Source: Lepidodermella squamata (Eukaryota > Animalia > Gastrotricha). From it: a stretch of DNA of 64,000 nucleotides. Both the position numbers and the translations under genes were made by a program. The DNA is taken from positions 2,976,001-3,040,000 of the forward strand of contig JBLDXI010000009.1 in NCBI GenBank assembly GCA_047495785.1, read 5' to 3'. Positions 14,201-23,600 of the stretch are shown piece by piece (position 1 is the first letter of the stretch; the number at the start of each line of letters is the position of its first letter). The notes beneath the pieces were generated by a model, which had not been told where the DNA came from, ran no database searches, and worked only from the letters and a program-made list of their open reading frames with translations.

Positions 14201-17200
14201 TCCCATCGCGTAAAACCAGTGAAGCATGCTGCCGTTAGCGCTTGAAGCATCGGCAATGAATTGCCAACGGCCGTAGGTCGAGTTTGCTAGAGATTGGAAG
14301 TAATCGTACAAAGGGAACCATGTATGGCTGTATTGCTGAGTTTTCGTCAATTTATCCTGGGGCCATAGCGCGATAGGCCATATCGAATAACCAGCTTTTC
14401 GAATTTTCAGCATCAACCCAATGTCAGAGCGCGCTATACCCAAAAAGTCTGAGATGACCAATATTTTAAGGCGGTATTCGGGTTGAGGCGCGAACTTATC
14501 GACCAGCTTAACCAATCCAGTTATAATCGACGTATTTTTGGCGAGTAATGGAGGTCTGATGTAGTACATCCAAGTTTTGACTCGTTCGATCAACAACTGC
14601 CGCCCGAAATGTTGGCCACCCGTCGGTTGGGTGAAAGGACCTAACGGAGTAACAGGCGCGTCCTGAATGACAACCTCCTTATCCGGGCCAACACTGACCA
14701 GTACAACAGGAACCTCGTCCGGCGTTACTTGGAGCAGGCTAATAATCGCATTCAACATGACTGAATTGACAGAAGGCGGGACACTGCCGGAGAAATCAGC
14801 CACAATTGCGATAACCATTTGCCGAATTTTCGGATATTTCAAAAATTTAAACGTCGGCGCCGTATTTCCAACATATCTCGGCGCGTTTTGCGTCATTCCG
14901 AAATCTCGAGTGCTCCAGATTGTACTCAACGTTGAAGTTCGGTTGCAGATCCTATTATGCGGGGTATTCGGCTCAGGATTGTGGCGCCGCGTGTCGTCAC
15001 AGTTCGGAATTGTTGTAGTAGCGCAGAATTCTGCGTTCTCTTTCGGGAATATATCAGGCCGAAACGCGAAAGATGCAACCGCGTTAGGACTTGGGTTCAG
15101 GATGGACAGATTAAACCTCGTGCTGGAATCATAGGTCGGCTGGTAGTTGACTTTCATATTGACTGAACAGGAACTTCCGGCTCGGAGTGTAGCGCTACCT
15201 TGAACTCGGTCATCCGGAACGTATAGGACTTCGGATAGAGTTGACGGTACCTCATCGCCGAAACCCCAGCGATTCATAGCGAATAATTTCGCGACCGTCT
15301 CGGCGGAACCTATTTGGCGAAGGTGGTTTTGGGAGATGAAGACTCCAAGGCCAGATTCGCCACAAGTACCGAGGTTCAAAGCCCTGGCAGGCGTATTAAA
15401 TTCGGGAACGACCTAAATAGGAAAAAATGAAAATTCCACCTTAATTATACACAATTTTCCCAACCTTAACATCAGCATTTCTGAAGGATTCGTAAGTTGC
15501 TATGCCATGCGTGTCGTTCCACTGGCTCAGAACGGTTATGGTTCGGAAATAAGCCCGACCTAATGTTGCCTTGTATAAAGCTGCCGAACTTGCGGTCAAG
15601 ACCTTGACTAAATCCGTAATAATGCTCGGATCCTTATGCTGGCCCTGATGAATCGCGACAATCACGTCATTGAACTCGCCCATAGTCAAATGAGCTCCAT
15701 ATTGAAGCGGCGGGTACGGTTTAGAGCAACAAATTGTGTTTGAAGGGTAGCCACTGCAATCGCCGTATTGAAGAGGGATCTGCTTCGGGCAATACAGCCA
15801 AAATTCTGATACATTCAACATTGCCGGGATTCTCGGTATGGAGCAGAACCCTTGCCCTTGCGAACATTCAGCACCGTCGTAGTAAATTGGAGCGCAGGCA
15901 AGAAATCGAGCAAAATATTTGTAAGATCGCCAGGATATTAGCGTAAATTGGCTCGTATAAGGCATAGGAACCGGCATTGGTGCTAGTTGTTGAAACAGAA
16001 AATCCATAATCCTCGCCGCTGATAGGAACGATCTATGTCCATAGAGTTGACCGAGGTTGAAATTTTGAAACAGCCCACGAATCACTTGGGAGAAAACGTA
16101 GGGTGAGTAATAGGAAAAGTACGACGTTGGTAACAGCCCCATTGACACGCCTTTCCAGTCGACTATAGACTTGTAGACACCCATGGATCCGTTTGTAAAC
16201 ATGAACATCTCACTTACAACGTTCATCTGAACACGAAAATCCAACAATTAAAGCGAATTAAAATATTAAAATTAATTACGAAAAATTGGAGGAAGGAAGT
16301 TTTGTGGCATTCATTGACACACATTCCGATCGCGTCGTCGAACGCTGACAGGAGGAAGGGCGCCCAGGCGAGAACCCGCTGAGGTGCCGCAGCCGTGTTA
16401 GACGTATAGTTCAACAAACCATAAGATTTCACGAGAGCGTTCGCATAGCTGTCGTAGTTGAACGGGCAGGTTATGTTCACTTCTTCGGCTACGCAACATG
16501 GCTGAAAAAATGTCGGAAATATAAAAATTAATTATTTAAATAATCAAATAATTTTACGAATTTTTTAAAATTAAGTAAAATTTAAACTGAATTTTTTGAA
16601 AAAATTTGAATAAGCAAATTTACCGCTCTGACAGGATCTGGACACCCTACTGATACGCCGAGGACATTGTCGAAAATTCCAGGACAAGTTCTGGCGGGTC
16701 GACAGTGACCATAGCGAGTTTTGGTGCCGATAATTAGCGCACAAGACGGCAACATGCAGCAGTACATCGACTGAGGACATTGCGGGGATTGATTTATCGT
16801 GCCATTCATAACATAGACACAGGTGTAGCTATTGGAATAAAATAATATATCGAATTTAAAAAATAATAGAAAAAGTTACAATGAAGTACAACTCCCATTC
16901 CTCAGCTGCGAGTTGCTTGTACACTGAAATAGAGCAAAATTAATGAAGCGCGATTTTTTACAAATCGTCTACCCACCTTAATTGGAACTTCGGGTAGCGG
17001 GTAATTAGCCGGGTCAGAGTAAATGACCGATGTCGACGTGTAGTTAATATTATCAGTTGGAAGCATAGTTGGGGTGATGAAAAAACTTGGCCATGGCTGA
17101 TAAATCGCCTGACCCTGGTGATTACCTGAGCAATTGTGGACCTTTTTAATCGGTGGATAATAAATCGAAGCTTGAAGAACTGGCGTAGTCTGGAGAACTG

Positions 17201-17336
17201 AAATTTTTTTAAATATTAAAAAAAATGAAATAAAATAAATAATAATCGAATTACGGAAAGGAGGATAAGCTTGTTGAGAGCTTGTAAAATCGACAGCCGT
17301 AATCGCAACAATCAACAATAAAAATATTGCTGACAT
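11279..17336 (-). CDS. CLCA-like type I membrane protein A (signal peptide, Cys-rich repeats, CLCA-N domain, vWA, beta-rich/FN3-like region, TM, Pro-rich tail); multi-exon
   Basis: CLCA N-terminal motifs VIVAIH...ASSAALYKATLGRAYFRTITVL..W...ESFRNADV; HNRICNRTST..IWSTRDF; vWA MIDAS-like VADFSGS; DDGLGEDGFANDGVYT (CLCA DNGAGAD..NDGVY-like); TM IAGGVMAFLLIVVVVVCL. Exons join in frame at GT-AG introns 15413-15464, 13850-13904 and 12425-13196. Confidence 0.85.
12508..12871 (-). ncRNA. 7SK-like Pol III RNA, copy 1 (intronic, same strand as host CLCA-like A)
   Basis: By eye the exact reverse complement of 20135-20498. Ends CCCTTCTTTT; 5' GTGGAGGCG pairs with CGCCTCCAC near the 3' end; hairpin with UUGAUC-GCU...GGC-A-GAUC. 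Confidence 0.75.
12872..13174 (-). promoter_or_regulatory. Type-3 Pol III promoter of 7SK-like copy 1 (octamer DSE, PSE, TATA-like)
   Basis: Octamer ATGCAAAT at 13093-13100; PSE-like TTAACCGGGTTTGGAGTTT about -64..-46; GATAAGG about -27; alignable with the copy 2 promoter. Confidence 0.7.
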
Positions 17337-17892
17337 GATTTTATGGCGATTTTTCTCAAATATTGCTGGTTAGAGACATCGCATGTTTTGATGTGAATAA
17401 CACATTGGATTTTAACAACCGCGTACGCCGGTAGATATGAATAATTTCGGTGCACAGAACGGTGATGTCTGGTTAGCTCGCTGCGAACAATACAAACACC
17501 GTTGACTTCAGCGTTTAGGCTCCAGACATATATTCAAGAAGACCATGCGCGGTATTAAGGAAAGCTGAACAAAGTTGACATTACATTGTGACTCGGCTGT
17601 TGTATATTGCGAGAGCTACACCTTTGTTTTGTTTGTTTTTATTGTTGTGTTTATATAATATCTGCGCCGTTTTATATTATACCAATAATAACGTCAAAAT
17701 GACGAGCGCGGCAATTATCCTTTTATAATTAATAAAAATGCCAGTGAATTTCCAGAATTTTTCGTTTATTTTTGCCGTCAATAATAAATATTATTTTTTT
17801 GAGATCGTTGTGCTCTTCATGACTAGTTGTGCGAACTCGAACAAGAGGCGAGGGATTCGAGATTAATATATATTGAGAATATAATTAATGCG

Positions 17893-18968
17893 CTATTTAT
17901 CAGATTTGATCATCATTCCAGATGGGTTCATCATCGACATGGACGGCCCAGCTAACCCAGAGCCGGGCATCATTAAACAATTGCTACTGCTACTTCGCCG
18001 AGCCGCTGATGATCTCCTGCTGAAAAGAAAGAAAAATATTAAGATATTTAGGAAAAACAGGATCAAAAGCTTGAAATTTCATAGGCAAATTTAAATTTGA
18101 GACCAAAATGGTAAGATGAGCCCATGAAACGTGACTCGATATTTTCCTGAAAAACTAGAACTTACGCGAAATCTCGCTCATCGATGCGATCTCGTTGCCG
18201 CCGATTTTTGAACCAATTACTGATTTGGGTTATTGTCAACCCAGTCGTTAGTGCCAGCAGATTTTTCTCATCAGGACTCGGGTATTTCGTCCGCCGGAAG
18301 CACTCTTTCAAGGCGTGGCGAGTTCGCTCTTTGAAGCAATAAACCGTCTCTTCGCCGTCCCAGATCGTCGCTGGGAGTGGGTACTTTTTCCTCAGTCGGT
18401 ACTTATCAACTGCATTTAAAGGCCGGTCACGGATCCGCTCGACCTCCAAATAGTGCGCTTTCCACCATAAATCCTGCAGATACGCGAATTGCGAGCAGTC
18501 GAATTGCCTGCCTTCTAATATAGTATAGACTTGTTCGAAATCTTCCATGTAATAAGCGAGAAGAGCCGCGGCTTTAGCCACGCTTTCACTCGTTGGCCTC
18601 GAGTCGACATTATTGCCGATAACGAGGGCAGCTAGTGATTGAGACGACCCTGGGCCTCGGCCGAATTGCCCCGCTGAGCCAGGGTTATTCAACGAAATTT
18701 GAAACTGGCGTTCGAAGAAATGTTTCAAGACCGATGCACGATTTTCTTTGACTAGAACCTCGCAGATTACATCGATTTGATTCGAGCTAAAAGCTGGCGG
18801 GCCGCCGGTGTTGAGTTGATGAGGCGGCGGCATCATGCCATGGCTCGATTGGGTCATTGTGTGGGACATGGTCGAGGCGTAACTCGCTGATGATATATAG
18901 TCAGAATTGGATTGTAGCATAGATTGGCCCAACATATTTTGGTTAGCATTACTTCCAAGGAGCATCAT
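17893..18968 (-). CDS. Six4/5: SIX-class homeobox protein, Six4/5 subfamily (2 coding exons, intron ~18020-18165)
   Basis: SIX domain ([10 protein letters not shown]...[21 protein letters not shown]) followed by the ETVY tetrapeptide diagnostic of Six4/5 and homeodomain ...[14 protein letters not shown]. Second exon reads in frame to TAG at 17893. Confidence 0.92.
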
Positions 18969-19817
18969 TATTCACTATAAATTAAAAAATTAAAATTTAA
19001 TTTATCGCAAAAATTATATTCTGAATTAACAAGAAATAGTTTGTCAAAGTTTAGCATATGATAGTGGTTGAATTTCAAGAATCAAATTGCTCCCACAATC
19101 AAGTTGCGTTGACGCTTAGAAGGTGTAGAATTATCTACTGGCAGCGAATCAACAAGCAAAACTTGTCCCGATATCTCACAGGTAAGGTAACAACACCTAA
19201 TTAACAGTTATGGCTGAAATTGCATGCGCTCACTTTCCGAAAAACGTCTCACAGCGCGTGAAGAGGTTTATTTATTACCTACAATTATCATCATCGAGGC
19301 TATCATTTTAGCGAGGCGCAGTGAGGTGGGCGGCGGGTGGCGGTGTTAAGTGCGTTAGAGGCGCGCGGATCAACATCTGCCTTTGTTGCAGAGCCGCTAG
19401 CGCACATCCGTTGCAAATGCATTACTTACTCAAATTGCCGGATTTGATGCGGCAAATATTTTAGCCGAGGTCGGAAACACGCCGCCTCGTCACGACTTGC
19501 ACATAATTTTCGTGTAAGGTGTTTTATTGTTGGCGTAAAAAGAGGGGCTGATTTTGCTGAGACTTACTACAAAAAATCGAGTCGCGTATAAACGAATCAG
19601 CCAACAGATGATGACGTGATATTGCTGCTATGAGGCGACCCCCAATTAATCTAAAAGCCGCAACTGAAAAATTGCAGTAGTTGTAATATACCGACGCCAA
19701 TCACTCTAATTTATTTTCGAGGTGCGTGCGCCGATTCACTTGCTCGCGATGATCGCGCCTAATTATTTTTCGAAAAACGGCCCTACTCCCTCAACCAGCG
19801 GCACAAATAATAATGGC

Positions 19818-20134
19818 CGCGGGTTTATCAGCAGCGTTGATGATTCATCGCGCATAATCTCAATGTGTGTGCGCATATTAAAATGAGCAATATTACTGCG
19901 ACCTCATTTGCATATTCACAAATTGCGCACTGAATATCTCCAAACAGGAAACGAATTTCGATCTGCGGATTTCGAATTTGGCTTCAGGTCGAGGAACTGC
20001 TTAATTTTATATATCATCAAGTTATTCAGCCGGGTTGGTGAATCCACAAAATTACCTGATTTTTAGCTCATTAACCGGGTTTTGAGTTTCACAGCAGCCA
20101 TAGTGTTGATAAAGAAAAGCAGGCTTGTATTGAT
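19818..20134 (+). promoter_or_regulatory. Type-3 Pol III promoter of 7SK-like copy 2
   Basis: ATTTGCAT(AT) octamer 19906-19913 (about -229); PSE-like TTAACCGGGTTTTGAGTTT 20071-20089 (-64..-46); GATAAAG 20108-20114 (about -27). Spacing matches the U6/7SK promoter layout. Confidence 0.7.
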
Positions 20135-20498
20135 GTGGAGGCGCGGCGCGAGTTGTCCTTCTTCAAGATTAGCTGAGTGTTGATCGCTGTCTTCACGTGA
20201 TCGGCAGATCCCCCAGCCTTAGGCATCTTGTCTCTAGGTCGCCCGCGCTCTATCAGTCGAGTCGAATCCGAAGCACGGCCGCCGAACGCTCGGATTCTAG
20301 CCACTCTCGGGTTTAACGCACTTGGTCATCTAGCTACCACCGAGGAGCCGTCCTGGCACCGCCTGTCTTCTCTTCTCAGACGCAGGTCCTGGTAGTTTAG
20401 TTCCAGTCTCAAGCACAAGCCTCTATAGCCATCGCCTCCACCAGCGGTGCCGTGGGCCTTGGCTCCGCAAGGAGCTTCGAGGCCGGCGCCCTTCTTTT
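20135..20498 (+). ncRNA. 7SK-like Pol III RNA, copy 2 (intergenic)
   Basis: 364 nt from G20135 to TTTT 20495-20498. M1-like stem 20135-20143/20433-20441; GATC motifs 20182-20185 and 20207-20210 in a long 5' hairpin; internal hairpins GAATCCGA..CGGATTC and CTACCA..TGGTAG; terminal hairpin 20446-20490. Confidence 0.78.
20495..20498 (+). terminator. Pol III oligo-dT terminator of 7SK-like copy 2 (copy 1 equivalent at 12508-12511, minus)
   Basis: TTTT immediately after the terminal hairpin; identity between the two copies breaks down a few nt later. Confidence 0.6.
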
Positions 20499-20614
20499 GT
20501 TAAAAAATTTGTCGGAAAATTCAATTAATCCACAATTATTTTATTACACAAAACATGAAATTGAGCCAAACAATAGGAAGTTTCAATGATCCACATTTTT
20601 CAAAATCAAATCGT

Positions 20615-23600
20615 CTAATATCGCTTAGTGTTATTCACCCCATCCGTCGCTCGGGTGTAGTACGCCTGTAGCTTCGAATTAGCGTTGTTCTGGTGATTAA
20701 CAACCAGTGTCGATTTATAGTGGTTCCCACCGCTCAGTAGAGTCGTCGGCTCCCTGATAGGCAGGAAAATCTCCTGGTTATTACCCGGTCTTCTAGCCAA
20801 CTGCTGAATTTTAACCGCGGGAGTCGGCGGGAAATAGTCCATATTCGGGAAAGATTGCCGGTGATTCCGCCCACCCGGCGGCGGGAATTTAACCCGCTGA
20901 TGCGGCTCGACCTGAGGCCTCACAAATTCAGCAGGCCGGGCAGTAGGATGATGACCGACAGGCCAAATCGAGGGTAGAAAGATGCGATTTGCGTCCTGAG
21001 CCCACGCCATTTTTCTCGCATTTTCGCGACGCCGCCAGAAGCAAACCAGGGTTACAGAAAACGCAGCGGCAAGGACGAGCCCAGCTACACAACTGAAAAT
21101 AATCGCATCTGGCATAGTGTCGTCTGGGCGCGGAAATGATGTTGTTATATCCGATACTGCTGGCAAACTAAAAAAATATTTTGATAATTTGTTTGTGAAA
21201 TTTCGAAAAAAATATCTTACTCATCTCTTGCTGTTTGAACCGAACTTAGTGGAGTATTAACTACCCGAATTTGAGACCTAGTCGCATAATTACCGAATCC
21301 ATCCGTCGCCCAGACAATGACGTAGTAATATGGCGCCAAGAAGTCGCTAATACTCAACGCTATTTGCAAAGTCTCCGCCTTAAAATTATACACCTCGTTG
21401 AGCGTAAAACTCGAGTTTACAGCATAACGAGTTTTATCCGCGAAATCAGCGATTCGATAGCTGACTGATAGGTAATAAGTGATGGTCAAATTGTAGCGGG
21501 TCGAAGTCGTCAATGGGTAGACATCGCAGTAGAGCAACATCGATTTCGGCAGCAAGCCACTTTGGCTCGAAATCGCAGGTTGCTGAGCGTATTGAACGTC
21601 TCTGACATCGCAATTTTTCACCCGAACAGCGCCGAGAGGAATAACTCGACTCGCCTCAGCAGGAACTGTGGCGTAGAAAGAACCAGCCGATTTGTAGAAG
21701 GAAAATTGAGTGTAAAAAATCGGAGCCTGAGCCAACAAATCCGCGTTATTCGCGTAACCAACAACAGCCGCTGATGGTTTCGTGTAACAACTTTGATCCA
21801 CCTTGCGTTTAACCCGGACATAGGCCGTGTAAGTTCCGTTCGAAAGGATTGATCCCTTCAATAAAGCCGTGTAAACTCCATCGTTCGCGAAACCATCCTC
21901 GCCTAGCCCGTCGTCATACATCCGGCCATTTAGGGTGACTAAAGCCGAACTATTTGTTGTATTTGAAACGTATAAATCATACTCGACGTAGCAGTTCAAA
22001 ACTGCCGATTTTCCAGACGCGATAATCGCGTAAATTTTTGGGAATCGAAATTTCTGCGAGTTTTCGAACACGACACTAACGCCTGATGTGAGTTTCGCCT
22101 CGCCTTTGACGTATTGCTCGGGTGAGGTAGCGAGTCGGTATGTCCAAGGATTGTCCCACGGCTTAGGGGTTATGTTATTAATAGCCCCAGTGTTAGACGC
22201 GCCGTACTCAATGGCGCGTGAAACGACCCAGGCGACTACGTCAAACGCCTCAGTTTTCTTACTCGTAGTTCCAAATTGAATTGTTAGGGTGTTGGAGGTA
22301 ACTGAGGTCAAATCGCCGAAACGACACGCGACTCGGAAAAACGCTTGGTAGCCCCGGTCATCGTCCGAACAATTTGCCACGCCAAAGCCAACGGGACCAG
22401 CTGGTAAAAGGTTCGAGTCGTAACTAACGACTACCGAGGTGTTAAGGCTGTAATTCGGCGGTACTGAAAATTGAATGTCGACACTTTCGCCTGGTTTAGC
22501 TTTATATCGTTCGATTTGCAACGTCATTCCTAGGTTCAAGTCGTCGAGGAAGGTCGCTAGCGCGTAAAACCAGTGGTACATGTCGAGAGGGTCTTGGATA
22601 AATTGCCAACGGCCGTAGGTTGAATTCGCGACATATTGGATGTAGTCTAGGAGAGGGTAGTCTACACTCGCCTGGGCTCGTCGAACTTTGTCGACGGGCC
22701 AGAGTGAAACTGGCCAGATTGAATAGCCAGCTTTGTGAATGCTGGTGAGAAGGCGGCTATCGGTCGGCGCAAAGCCGAGAAAATCGGATAAAAGTAGGAT
22801 ATTAAGGCGGTAGTTGGGCTGTTCGAGAAACTTCTCCAATAGTCCTTCGACACCTGTCATAAATGTTTTAATATTTCTTAAAAATACGTGGGCTAGTGGT
22901 AATTAAAATGTTAATTAATTGCAAAATCAGAGAAATTTCTGGCCACGCTCCAAAATTCCGTAAAATCAAATTAAAAATGCCATTGTTTCTTCTGTAATAC
23001 AGCGTGTCCCATAGTTGCACAACTATTTTTTAACTTGGCAAGCTTTTGTAGGAAATTCAAATTATTTTTTCAGTTTAAACCTACCGAGAGAAAATTACAT
23101 CTTTTATCCGCGATTTACCCGAAGAAATAAAAATTTACCGGAGAATACCCGGAAAACCCCGATGGTAACTGGTTCGGTAATTATCGGTAATTTACCCACC
23201 CGAGTAGTAGAGCCGGAGTAAACCGTAACGGTTTTTCAGGATTCAAATAATTTCCCGCGCGAACCTTGGTCGCTATTCGCGCCAAAAAGGTCTCACGTGA
23301 CCTGAAAATAAATGTTGACCAAGGTTCGCGCGGGAAATTATTTGAATCCTGAAAAACCGTTACGGTTTAAACCGGCTCTACTACTCACCCGGTCGGACAA
23401 AATTTCTCCGGACTTTTTTTTAAGAATTGACATAGCTGATTCTCGTGAATTTTTGAATTTTTTAAAAAAAAATTCCGGCTATGAGATGTGCCTTCGCCTC
23501 TCATTTTAGAGTTTCTGAACCCTTTTCCGTGCATTTTCTTTGCTTGCGTTACTTATGGAACACGCTGTAGGACCACCAAACACCAAGAACAACTTCGAAA

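Noticed and set aside
20135-20498. Alternative identities for the RNA: telomerase RNA, RNase P/MRP, SRP, U3, SINE
   Set aside because: No CUAACCCU-type template or H/ACA end; no recognisable RNase P/MRP CR-I/CR-V, SRP Alu/helix-8 or U3 box motifs; no internal A/B boxes, poly(A) tail or TSD. Rejected by eye only; a covariance search is still needed.
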